DNA from: Eledone cirrhosa | Lineage: Eukaryota | Assembly (NCBI GenBank): GCA_964016885.1 | Contig: OZ024744.1 | Coordinates: 58,590,001 to 58,654,000 of the forward strand | Reading direction: 5' to 3' | Length of the DNA: 64,000 bases | Part shown: piece by piece, positions 1 to 11,810 of the stretch | Position numbering within the stretch: position 1 is the first letter of the stretch | How the letters are laid out: every line of letters starts with the position of its first letter | Program-made: the position numbers and the translations under genes | Notes under the pieces: model-generated | Told to the model about the DNA's origin: nothing | The model's input: only the letters and a program-made list of their open reading frames with translations | Databases searched by the model: none

Positions 1-690
1 TAGCCCCGATAATAAACACATTAAAAGCTATAGCAATGTGGAAGACACCCATGTACATAGTATGAAGAGTACTGGTGGAATATTCCAGTAAAAACCCCAA
101 TAAAATACAGGCATAACAGACCAGATATTATGATATGGGACAGGGAGAAGAAAACATGCACAGTAGTGGAAATTAGCTGCCCAGCAGATGCCAATATAAT
201 ATCAAAGATTAGTGAAAAGGAGAATATTTATGCAGAACTGATGAGAAATCTGCAGATACTCCACACTGATTACACCTTCAGATTTATGCCTGTGATTATT
301 GAGGCACTGGGGTATGTTAGTAACTGCCTCAATACAAATCTTGAGAAGCTAGGCTTCACAGGAACAGAAAGAACACAACGAGTTAGGAAATTACAAGTAC
401 AATCCATTAATGGAACAGTAAAAAATATGTAAAACATTCGAAACATTTTGCATCTAACAACTGCATATACACATGTACAGATGCAAAGCATATACACATG
501 CACACATACAACTCAAAACATACACATCCACACATACAATAACATCCATATCTACACATGCATGCATACATAATCTACCTAGTTGATGTTGTGTAAATTC
601 CAATGAGAGAGTCTTGTGTCTATGTTAGAAACCGACTCTCTCTTTATTGGGAAAAACTTTGTGAAATTATAAAACCAGAAGAACATACAT
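1..690 (+). mobile_element. 3' end of R4/Dong-like RLE non-LTR retrotransposon (degenerate), followed by (CATA)n
   Basis: Frame from 61 reads YEEYWWNIPVKTPIKYRHNRPDIMIWDREKKTCTVVEISCPAD, an RHN-RPD...E.S.P restriction-like endonuclease motif. Stop at 432, then 3' UTR, then (CATA)n from ~685. Confidence 0.85.
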
Positions 691-786
691 ATATACATAC
701 ATGCATGCATGCATACATACATACATACATACATACATACATACATACATACATACATACATACATACATACATACATACATACAT

Positions 787-1390
787 GGTGGCTGCCAACT
801 CGTTGTCGAGTACGGCCACTACTTTATATCCATGTAGGAGAACTCCTACCGATGCGCTGAACGAGTGTGACTTTTTAGTCCAGCCAGCGACTTGAAAACT
901 CTGGTACAAACACTACACTTGTGACAATTATTGACACATAGTGCTGGGCTCATGGTACCATGTGACGACAAGTGCAGAGAGATCTCCAGATATAAAGCAA
1001 TGCCTGTGCCGTGAAGCTTTTATAGTGAGCAAAGGCACTGCACAAATCCAGTCCCACTCTCTTAACCAAGATGATATTTACCAAAAAGAACAAGTCAACA
1101 TCATTGGATACCATCAGGGTTTCATGTGTTATATCAGTTTTCCTTCTCCTAGAATTCTGCCTTGACAAAGGCTAAGGGGTCATCTCACCCGGTGATTTTG
1201 GATGGCCATTGACTCTTAAGAGCTCCTTTTCCCTTTAACAGGTTTTGTTTTTAGTCCTGCAGGATGTCCAAAGTCACCCTCATCACCAAGAAACCTTGGT
1301 GGGGCTGCTAGTTTAGTCGCCAACGACCCGACCATGAGACAGGTTGTACTGGGATACATGTTACCAGTAGCACCAACTGGTGACCTGACA
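787..1390 (-). mobile_element. Non-autonomous RTE-derived ~600 bp element (family N1), full length, (TATG)n tail at 697-786
   Basis: Near-identical to 5325-5933 and 31317-31926. The 3' part encodes the C-terminal C2H2 finger [25 protein letters not shown]. The 5' part resembles an RTE 5' UTR. No RT is encoded. Confidence 0.75.
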
Positions 1391-1480
1391 CAAATACATA
1401 CATACATACATACATACATACATACATACATACATACATACATACATACATACATACATACATACATACATACATACATA

Positions 1481-1840
1481 GTGGCTGCCAACTCATTTTC
1501 GAGTACGGCCACTACTTTATATCCATGTAGGAGAACCCCTACCGATGCGCTGAACGAGTGTGACTTTTTAGTCCAGCCAGCGACTTGAAAACTCTGGTAC
1601 AAACACTACACTTGGACAATTATTGACACTTAGTGCTGGGGCCATGGTACCATGTGACGACAAGTGCAGAGAGATCTCCAGATATAAAGCAATGCCTGAG
1701 CCGTGAAGCTTTTATAGTGAGCAAAGGCACTGCACAAAGCCAGTCCTACTCTCTTAACCAAGATGATATTTACCAAAAAGAAGAACAAGTCAACATCATT
1801 GGATACCATCAGGGTTGCAGGTGTTATATCAGAGTTTTCC
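1481..1840 (-). mobile_element. RTE-derived N1 element, 5'-truncated, (TACA)n on both sides
   Basis: Matches 787-1145. (TACA)n at 1394-1480 and 1841-1950. Confidence 0.8.
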
Positions 1841-2559
1841 TACATACATACATACATACATACATACATACATACATACATACATACATACATACATACA
1901 TACATACATACATACATACATACATACATACATACATACATACATACATACGTATACACCATCCATACAATTACCACATGGATTCGAACCAATAAACTCA
2001 ATATCTACACTTCTTACAAACTTAACACAGAAAATATATAGTGCAGTAGTTGGGTGCGGAAAATAGGGGGTTTGTTCCACCCAAGGGTCAGAGAAGGTTT
2101 GACAATAGATTTTAATACCTGAGAACCACCTGATGAACCAAAATAAGTTTTCAGCGTTGAAGTATGAAATAGGTTTTAATTCCAAGTTAAGAGAGGTTTT
2201 TGTGAGTTTTTGTTACGCAACTATAGATATCTGCATGGAATCGAAGCTGGCCCCTTTATCAAGTTTGTCTTCTCTCTTTTAATGGCAAAAAAAAAAAATG
2301 TTCAAAATAGAAAATTTAAGCAAACCATCAATAAAAGTCAAGCAAGACAACTTTGTTGTTTTGTGGGGTCATTGTGTCGGAGTATGTATGTAGTGTTATC
2401 ATCAGCTAGGCGGAGATGACTAGGTATAACTGAAAAGATAGATTTATGGGTCACAACTCCTCCTCGTTCGGTCGACTACTTGCGCACCAAAGGACAGCCC
2501 CATTAAAAGCTGAATTGAGACTACACAACACATTCCCTTCCTACTTCCTTTTCTCTCCG

Positions 2560-2885
2560 TCGGTATTGAAAATGAATGTCCCAGTTGTTCAATCAATGGA
2601 ACTGCCTGTTCATGAAATTAATGTGTAAGTGGCTGAGTATTCCACAGAAGTATATATACCCTTAATGACATTCTCAGGGAGATTCAGCGTGACTCAGTGT
2701 GTGACAGTTACAGTTCATGAGACAAATTTCCAAACAATTTCCATCTACCCAATTTCACTGACAAGGCTTAATGCGATCGAAAGCTGTAGTAAATGAGACT
2801 TGTTCAAGATACATCGGAGTGAGATCGAATCCAGGACCTAATGATTGCGAAGCAAACATGTTAACCACTTGGCTACTATGCATCC
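2560..2885 (-). mobile_element. Two degenerate tRNA-derived SINE fragments
   Basis: 2560-2710 resembles the body of the SINE at 4200-4510. 2720-2885 has a reverse tRNA-like head (gatcgaatcc..., aaccacttggcta) and resembles the 9180-9515 family. Confidence 0.5.
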
Positions 2886-3341
2886 CCAGTAGCATCAGCA
2901 CTACTACAAACATCAACAACAACAATATCACCAACAGCACTACTACCTCTATCAGTAGGAATGGCAGACAACTACCGTCTTTGTATAAATGCAGGGGCAG
3001 ATTTGGACAAAGACGCGATGGTCGTGGCTGGATCTTAGGGGGTGACTTGTAAGCTAAACAACAACAACAACTATAGTACTATAACTACCACAAACAATAC
3101 CACCGGTACAACTAGTACCACCACCATCACTTCTACTGTCACCGCCACCATCGCCAGAAAAGTGTAATATATCATATCTAGCAGGCGATGTATTATTTAA
3201 TCTGTGTTGTCGCCGTGGTGGTGGCTGTGGAGACGAGTGGGTGGTGGCATTGTCGTCGTTCCAACAATTCAGGTCAACTCACCTTATACTTTTTTTTTTT
3301 CATGTTTAAGTTATTTAACTGTTGCTGCTGCTGCTGCTGCT

Positions 3342-3394
<53 letters not shown>

Positions 3395-4199
3395 TACTGC
3401 TGCTGTTGTTGCTGCTGCTTTAATTAAAATGTACACGCTTTTTAGACACGTCAAATATGTCGTTCTTAACCCTCCTCCCCCCACCGGTTGGCCTTGCCTA
3501 CTCTGACCTTCTAGGTCCCATCCACATTCCCCAACACCGTTTACCTGGTTTGGTTTGGTTTTTGTTTGTTGTTGTTTTGTTTTGTTTTCTTATGACAGGA
3601 AAAGGAGAAGAACCGCTTTAAATGAGTTCCCAGTTCAATATAGTAGAGAATGGTATATTCATTTAACGCAAGTAACAGTTCAAAGAGATCGATAAAATAA
3701 GTACCAGACGTGAAAACAAGTGTTTTGGTCGACATGATCGGCTAAATACCTTCACGCCTGTGCCCCAGTGGTGTTGGTGGTGGTGGTGGTGGTGTTGGTG
3801 GTGGTGGTGGTGTTGGTGGTGGTGGTGGTGTTGGTGGTGGTGTTGGTGGTGGTGGTGGTGAAGAGGTACTGAAGCTGGCGCTGCTGTTTTGATTTTAAGT
3901 TGCATGGTTTGTAATGCCAATAACAATAGTAAATCATCGCTGACTCAGTTGACCCTGACTGTATATAGGTAAAATGAGTAAGTAGATGCAGCTAACCGCT
4001 GTAGACGATGGATACACTATATGCTTTCGAACGTTTTTTTTTTTTTGTAGTGGTGGTGGTGGTAAGTTAGCTTGCAATGCTGAGTTCAAATCACCAAATT
4101 GCATACGAAATCACAGAATGTAGTTTCAGTGCAGAAGTCAACCATTGCATCTAGAGACATATTTACAGACTACCACATGTGGAAGTTGATCTGCGACTG

Positions 4200-4510
4200 T
4201 CTGTCTGGAAGGCACTCCATCGGTTACGACGACGAGTGTTCCAGTTGATCAGATCAACGTGCAAGTGACTGAACATTCCACAGACACGCGTACCATTAAC
4301 GTAGTTCTCAGGGAGATTCAGCGTGACACAGAATGTGACAAGGTTGGCCCTTCGAATTACAGGTACAACTCATTTTTGCCAGCTGAGTGGACTGGATCAA
4401 CGTGAAATAAAGTGTCTTGCTCAAGGACACAACGTGCCGCTGGGAATCGAACTCACAACCTTACGATTGTAAGCCGAATATCCTAAGCACAAAGCCATGC
4501 ACCTTCACAC
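4200..4510 (-). mobile_element. tRNA-derived SINE (TGTCCTTGAGCAAGACACTT-core family)
   Basis: Minus strand has A-box tggctttgtgctt and B-box gagttcgattccc, then gtgtccttgagcaagacactttatttcacg. Related copies at 11311-11547, 17865-18130 and 39430-39578. Confidence 0.75.
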
Positions 4511-4539
4511 TAATCTATGTTAATCTACAGACCACAGAC

Positions 4540-4647
4540 ACCACCGCCGCCACCACAACCTCTACCACTACCAAAAACAAACAACAACAAAGACAGCAAC
4601 ATCGATAACATCATCATCAACTACATCAACAACATCAACAACATCAA

Positions 4648-4708
<61 letters not shown>

Positions 4709-4865
4709 GCCACCACCGCCACCACCAACAACAACAACGACTACTACTACTACTATTGTTATAACAATCATCAACATCATTATCAACATCATCAACAACA
4801 ACAACAACAACATCATCATCAACATTATCCTCATCACCACCACCACCAGCCCCACCCCCACCACT

Positions 4866-4897
<32 letters not shown>

Positions 4898-4930
4898 CAA
4901 AAACAACGACTACTACCACTGCTACAACAG
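4540..4930. repeat. Compound trinucleotide microsatellite (CAA/CAT/CAC/CTA)
   Basis: Visible mixed triplet runs. Confidence 0.9.
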
Positions 4931-5191
4931 CAGCCATGAAGAGTCTTGTCGATGTAAACACAGGGTGAGAGAGATTCAAGTGGATTTCAAACGGACCTGG
5001 CTGTATTAGCTTGATGGAAGTTTACTTGTCACACAGCAGCATTCACTACTGTTTCTATCGGGTATGTACCGTGAGTGTGGCTAAATAGATACTCGGCATT
5101 AAGTAAATTGTCAATAAGCGATCTTATCTTTATTGACTTACTTGTACTGTATATATGTGCATATCTGACTCTGAGTGATTATGCATATATG

Positions 5192-5238
<47 letters not shown>

Positions 5239-5324
5239 ACACACACACATGTATGTATGTATGTATGTATGTATGTATGTATGTATGTATGTATGTATGT
5301 ATGTATGTACGTATATATATATTA

Positions 5325-5933
5325 TGTCAGGTCACCAGTTGGTGCTACTGGTAACATGTATCCCAGTACAACCTGTCTCATGGTCGGGTCGTTGGCGACT
5401 AAACTGGCAACCCCACCAAGGTTTCTTGGTGAGGAGGGTGACTTTGGACATCATGCAGGACTAAAAACAAAACCTGTCAAAGGGAAAAGGAGCTCTTAAG
5501 AGTCAATGGCCATCCAAAATCACCGGGAGAGATGACCCCTTAGCCTTTGTCAGGGCAGAATTCTAGGAGAAGGAAAACTCTGATATAACACCTGCAACCC
5601 TGATGGTATCCAATGATGTTGACTTGTTCTTCTTTTTGGTAAATATCATCTTGGTTAAGAGAGTGGGACTGGCTTTGTGCAGTGCCTTTGCTCACTATAA
5701 AAGCTTCACGGCACAGACATTGCTTTATATCTGGAGATCTCTCTGCACTTGTCGTCACATGGTACCATGGGCCCAGCACTATGTGTCAATAATTGTCACA
5801 AGTGTAGTGTTTGTACCAGAGTTTTCAAGTCGCTGGCTGGACTAAAAAGTCACACTCGTTCAGCGCATCGGTAGGAGTTCTCCTACATGGATATAAAGTA
5901 GTGGCCGTACTCGACAACGAGTTGGCAGCCACC
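5325..5933 (+). mobile_element. RTE-derived N1 element, full length
   Basis: Reverse complement of 787-1390. Preceded by (TATG)n at 5250-5310. Confidence 0.8.
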
Positions 5934-5977
5934 ATATATATATATATAGACACACACATATATACATACATACACGC

Positions 5978-6052
<75 letters not shown>

Positions 6053-7078
6053 CTAGCCGAATTACCCGCGCCTTGCTGCGTTTCACACATTTTTTTTGTA
6101 AGAAAATGATGATTGATTTTAAATCAGTGATTTATGGAGAAAAACTCTGCAATGCAATAATACTCAATGTAAAATGTATTCATTGAAAAATTATTTTTTG
6201 TAATATATCAAGTCAAAATTACATTATTAAATTTTATTCTTATTTTGTTTCTTGTAAATAATTTTTTTCAAAATATCTATTCAAAACTTGATCATTTCAT
6301 TTTTGTGTCAAGCATTATTTTCAAATTAGAAATTCAAAGTTTAATTATTTAATTTTAACATAATAAATACATGAAAATATATTTCATACTTTGTCCAAAT
6401 GAAGAACTTCAGGGTAAACAATATTTCTTGTCTTTCCTTGATTGGCTAAAATGTAGAGGTTTTTTTAAGTTCCAGTCCTTGAAACAGTCACATAAAACAT
6501 GCCATGACTGAAACATGGGTTTGTCAGATCTATACCAATAGTTTTAAAAGTTTGACCTTGACTCTTATTGTTGGTCATGGCAAAACATGGCCTCACCGGG
6601 AACTGCAGCCTCTTAAATGTAAAAGGCAACTTGCTATCACTTGGTATAAGTGGGATGCTCGGAATGAGAAGAGCTTGACTTTTGTAAGCCCCAAATATAA
6701 TGGTTGCTTCAATCAAGTTCTCATGCAATCTTGTTACAACACAGCTTGTTCCATTTATTGGCCAAAACTTTCACTATAGGAGGTTTAACCCCCATTAGGA
6801 TGTCTTAATATTATTGAAATTTGCTGAAATTTTGGGAATAGGCACATTATCTTGTCATTTACCTATGGTTTAAATTTCATATAAATCGAAGGGAAAAGAT
6901 TTTCAGTGGGGTTTGTGCCCCCGGGGAACCCTTTCATTAAAATGAAATATACTTATCCAAGTACCCTGGGCAATGTACTTTCAGAATATATATGGTTATG
7001 GGGGGGTCTATCTCCAAAACCATAGGAGACTTTCGTGAACAAACAAACAGACAGGAACTACAACTTTATATATATAAA
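6053..7078 (-). mobile_element. Non-autonomous Helitron (~1 kb) carrying a PIF1-helicase fragment
   Basis: The minus strand ends in a GC-rich segment then CTAG|T. It begins A|TTTATATATATAAAGTTG (a mutated TC 5' end) followed by gtctgtttgtttg. Contains an internal helicase fragment. Confidence 0.75.
6465..6728 (-). pseudogene. Helitron RepHel C-terminal PIF1-like helicase fragment
   Basis: IPLIPSDSKLPFTFKRLQFPVRPCFAMTNNKSQGQT...FSHGMFYVTVSR corresponds to PIF1/RecD helicase motifs V-VI. Confidence 0.85.
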
Positions 7079-7081
7079 TAT

Positions 7082-7520
7082 CGAAAAGAAATAAGTGACA
7101 TAGTCACTACTTTAAAACTGATAGCGCAAGGTCTTCTAAATGGTTTTAATTAAACATACGGTGTATTGCCAAATATACTGTACATACATTCATGTATACA
7201 TCACTATTTCAGAGCACCAATACTAATACCTAATTTTTGTTGGACCGACAATCGTTCTGTATAATAGGCTCCTGATTATTACAGGAATTCTATAAAAATC
7301 CAGCTTCTATAATTTTCGGCGAAAGCAGGGGAGTACGTGGCTCTGATGAAAGCAGGGGAGTACGTGGCCAGCGTGAAACAGACTGTCAGCTTCTCTCCCT
7401 TATTTCGCCGAAAAGAAGTAAGTGACATAGTCACTACTTTAAAATTGCTAGCGTGTATCTTCTAAATGTTTTTAAATAAACATACGGTATATTGCCAAAT
7501 ATACCATACATACATTCATA
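7082..7520 (+). mobile_element. Partial-tandem 327 bp hammerhead-containing unit (Penelope pLTR or retrozyme-like)
   Basis: Direct repeat cgaaaagaa-taagtgacatagtcactactttaaaa at 7082 and 7409. CTGATGA at 7343-7349 and GAAA-CAGACTGTC at 7375-7387. Confidence 0.6.
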
Positions 7521-7540
7521 TATATATATATATAACTGTT

Positions 7541-7660
7541 TCTACTTTTGGCACAAGGCCAGCAATTACCCAGTGTATTACTGGTACTTTATTTTATCGA
7601 CCCCGTAAGGATGAAAGGCAAAGTTAACCTCGGCGGGATTTGAACTCAGAATGGCAAGGG
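7541..7660 (-). mobile_element. tRNA-derived SINE (GCCTTTCATCCTT..GGGGTCGATAAAATAAAGTACC-core family)
   Basis: Same core as 16752-16935, 17357-17545, 18617-18810, 22640-22830, 25972-26105 and 42043-42165. Confidence 0.8.
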
Positions 7661-7661
7661 C

Positions 7662-7975
7662 CGTTATATAACGGCGATGAATTTGTTTTGCGAGGTTTTT
7701 GATATGAAATCGTGTGTCGAAACAAATATTGTTATACTTAGGGAGGGTCATATTGTTATAATAATATTGCCAGAAATAATAACAGAACACACTCACTGTT
7801 TGGTTGGTTTTCGCTTCTGCATCTTTTATCATTGCATTGTTTATCATTGCAATGTTTATCATTGATTGACCAACGGTCAAAAATACAGATATAAATATAC
7901 GTATATAGTCTAACAAACTTCTTTCATTGCACATCTGCAACATCATCAGTGGTACCATTATCATGTTTCCCCTAC
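7662..7975 (-). mobile_element. Short hammerhead-bearing Penelope-like pLTR (family A)
   Basis: Homologous to 11080-11585 and 21740-22005. Minus strand reads CTGATGA-t-gttgca-gatg-tgcaat-GAAA. Confidence 0.6.
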
Positions 7976-8016
7976 TGTATTGTATGTATTGTAATGTCTA
8001 CATACAATACATACAA

Positions 8017-8460
8017 TACATCATCGGTAACTACTGAGCCGCAGGTTTTATATCAGAGTTATTCCAGTTTCCTGAGTTGCCTTCTCCTAGAAGAATGCCC
8101 TGACAAAGGCTAGAGATTCTTTACTCCCAGTGGTTTAATCGTGCGATCGGGTGTCCAGCCCGACTATTTCTATGTCCCCGTGCATATACATACACATGCA
8201 CCCATGTATATACACATATACATATACATACATATGTACATGTGTATATACATATTTACACACTTTTGGATGGCCGTTGACTCTTATGAGTTCTTCCGCC
8301 CTTTCTCAAGTTTTGTTTTTTTTTGTCCTGCAGAGTGTCCACAGTCACCCTCCTCACCAAGTAAACTTGGTGGGGTTGCCGGTTTAGTCGCCGACGACCC
8401 GACCATACGACAGGTTGTACTGGGTTACATGTTACTAGTAGCACTCAAGAGTGGCTCGAC
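8017..8460 (-). mobile_element. Non-autonomous RTE-derived element, family N2 (5' half)
   Basis: 5' end homologous to N1 (ggcgactaaaccggcaacccc), with an internal (TA/CA) tract. Other copies at 19130-19440, 19918-20016, 20661-21173 and 34150-34375. Confidence 0.65.
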
Positions 8461-9179
8461 ATATGCAAACATACATGCATACATACATATATAAATATAT
8501 GCAAACATACATACATACATGCATACATGAATATATGAAAACATACATACATACAAACGTACGTACATACATTCATTAGTGAAGGTATCTAATTATGAAT
8601 GAATGCTTGTATTTTAGCTACTACATGTCGTTAAAGTTTGAGGAAACGTACAATGAATGAGGCTCCAGACAAGTATTTTTTTTCTTTTACTCTTATACTT
8701 GTGTCTGACATTAGACTGTGGTCATGTAAATATTTAGTTGAATTTATCGCCGCCCCCTCCACTAACAGTAATTACGTTTCGATGTCTGTTCTATCGCTTT
8801 TTGTCAAACTGCTTTTGTTACAAAACACACACACACACTTGCAGATGTATGTGTGTGTGTTTCTGCTCAGTTTCAATCATCCAAATTTGTCTCATAAGGT
8901 GATTGATCAACCCGAAGCTACAGTAGCTTTGAATTGCAACTATGGTACGAAAGCTACAGTAGCTTTGCATTGCAACTATAGTACGAAAGTTATAGTAGTT
9001 GTCAAACAGTGAGACTGAACCTGGAACTACATGGTTGAAAATTGAGACCCTTAACCATACGACCATACCAACTTGTGATACTTAAACACTGAGTTACGTC
9101 AAAATTTAAAACTTAGCCAACACGATTACAGAGAACGATCAAATATGTAACCGACTTAGATTTTAGTTTAACTCTCTAA

Positions 9180-9515
9180 TTCCTTTACTGGCTTCAATCA
9201 TTAGATAGCGGTCTTGCTGGTACAACACTTTGATGAAATCGAGCCTAGTACGTCTTTTACTTTTTAAACTGTAGTTTTAATTTTATCGAACTTCTTTTTT
9301 TTTTTGTCGAAACGCTATGTTGCGTGACATTAACACAGATACAAGCATAAACGTAAATACAAACACAGGCACACAGGCTTGAGTGTGTACTTATAGGACG
9401 GGCTTCTCCAAATTCCATTCCCGAAATTTCACTCACAAATCATTTGCCAACTGGAGGTGCTACTGAACCCCAAATCACGTGGTTGCAAAGAGAACGCCTA
9501 AACCACACAGCCACC
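9180..9515 (-). mobile_element. Degenerate tRNA-derived SINE
   Basis: Reverse head gtggctgtgtggtttagg...ggggttcagt and body motif aatttcactcacaa shared with 2720-2885 and 8850-9070. Confidence 0.5.
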
Positions 9516-9518
9516 GAT

Positions 9519-9899
<381 letters not shown>

Positions 9900-9921
9900 C
9901 ACTACCTCTGACAGTCGGCAG

Positions 9922-9987
9922 GTGAACAGTGAACTGTACTGATGAAGGGTGATACCCAGAAACATTAGTGTCTGCAGTTTTGTTTAC
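9922..9987 (+). ncRNA. Type I hammerhead ribozyme motif
   Basis: Stem I AACTGTA/TGCAGTT, extended by GTGAACA/TGTTTAC. CTGATGA 9939-9945. Stem II GGGT/ACCC. GAAA 9959-9962. Stem III ACA/TGT. Predicted cleavage after GTC at 9972. Confidence 0.7.
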
Positions 9988-10229
9988 ATGCCAACACAAG
10001 AGCAAGAATGAGGGGCTCATTCTACTGACATGGCATTAAAAATGAGGCTTGTTTGCATAATTGTAAACGAATCGAATATTATTATTAATATTCGAAAAAC
10101 TCAGATTATATATATATAAATCCCTCTCTTTTCCCCCCAAACTTTCTCTCCCTCCCTCTCTCACACACTCTTTCACAGTTTTCTTGGGTCCCTCCCTGAA
10201 TCCCACACTGCTTACCTATATCTCGCACA

Positions 10230-10364
<135 letters not shown>

Positions 10365-10625
10365 TTCTCCCTATCTCTCACTCTCACTCACCCTCTCTCT
10401 CTATCGCTATCTATCTATCTATCTCATCCTCGCTCTGTTTCTCTCTTAATTCACTATATTGCATAAATTTAACAGAGAAGTATGAAGTGTGGAAAATATT
10501 TGTAGAGGATTATATACAAAATGTAATTACCATCATCCATTGTCTTCGTTGGTATATGTATATATACATATACTTACGGTAAATATTGATGCAATTCAAA
10601 TCAAGCACTGTACGTACTTAGTGAG

Positions 10626-10739
<114 letters not shown>

Positions 10740-11079
10740 CACACACACACACACAGAGGGAGGAAGCGAGACGGGGTAGAAACTCGACCACGATACCTAT
10801 CTTAAAACGAAACCGCCTGGCGTCACGGTCGGGTTTCTACTTTCCAGTATACCCACTCTGTTTCTTCCCGTGCTTAGAGCACACACACACACGCACGCAC
10901 ACACACTCACACATATATATGGTATATATATATAATAACTAAATGTGTACGCTCTGAATCACGGACTGGCGCTTCGGAAGTGGAAGTCCCGTGAATTCAT
11001 TGAGCTAGTGGGAAAGTTCAATGTACAAGCAAAAACTCAGTTTGCTTGGTTTGTTACACTTATATATATATATATATAA

Positions 11080-11583
11080 CGGGAGGAAACATAATAGTAC
11101 CACTGATGATGTCACAGACGTGTGACGAAAGAACTTTGATAGACTATATATATATATTTATATCTGAATGTTTTAACTGTTGGTCAATCAATGATAAACA
11201 TTGATTGCCAGATAAATTAAATATGGATATATAAAAGATACAGAAGCGAAAAGCAACTTAACCAAACAGTGATTGTGTTCTGTTATTATTGCTGGCAATA
11301 TTGTAACAATGTTTTTTTGTTTTTTTTTGGAACGATCGAATTTCGTCAAATTGGATCGAGGAAACAATGTTTCCGCTGGTCTTTCCAATTGCTAATACTA
11401 TCTATCGGTCGCAGCTCCAGGTAAAAGGAGCAACGTAAAATAAAGTGTCTTGCTAAAGGACATAACGCATAGTCCGGTCCAAGAATCGAACTCACAACCT
11501 CACAATTGCGAATCCAATTCTCTAACCACTCAGCCACACGCCTTCACTTGTAACAATATGACACTCCCCAAATATAACAATAC

Positions 11584-11585
<2 letters not shown>
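11080..11585 (+). mobile_element. Family A hammerhead-bearing pLTR interrupted by a SINE
   Basis: CTGATGA 11103-11109, stem II GTCACA/TGTGAC, GAAA 11127-11130. The family sequence resumes after the SINE. Confidence 0.65.
11311..11547 (-). mobile_element. tRNA-derived SINE with 10 bp target-site duplication
   Basis: TTGTAACAAT at 11301-11310 and 11548-11557. A-box tggctgagtggtt and B-box gagttcgattc on the minus strand. Confidence 0.8.
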
Positions 11586-11628
<43 letters not shown>

Positions 11629-11693
11629 CATACACATATATATATATATATATTAAAATATAAGTATTAATAAAATAGATGTTATTTTGATCA

Positions 11694-11756
11694 ATTACAT
11701 TTTATTATACATATTTCGGATGTACAACAGTACGTTCTCATCAGACAAAATATAAT
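11694..11756 (-). ncRNA. Type I hammerhead ribozyme in the inverted pLTR
   Basis: Minus strand: attatattttgt-CTGATGA-gaacgta-ctgttg-tacatcc-GAA-ATATGTAT-A-ataaaatgtaat. Confidence 0.7.
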
Positions 11757-11810
11757 GATACATGGCATCCCTGAGATGTTAAATGGTTAAGATTTAATCA
11801 AGGTAGTGAT

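Noticed and set aside
2125-2180. CTGATGA...GAAA near 2130 (similar cases at 26757, 41342 and 42499)
   Set aside because: Stems II/III or stem I cannot be formed; compatible with chance.
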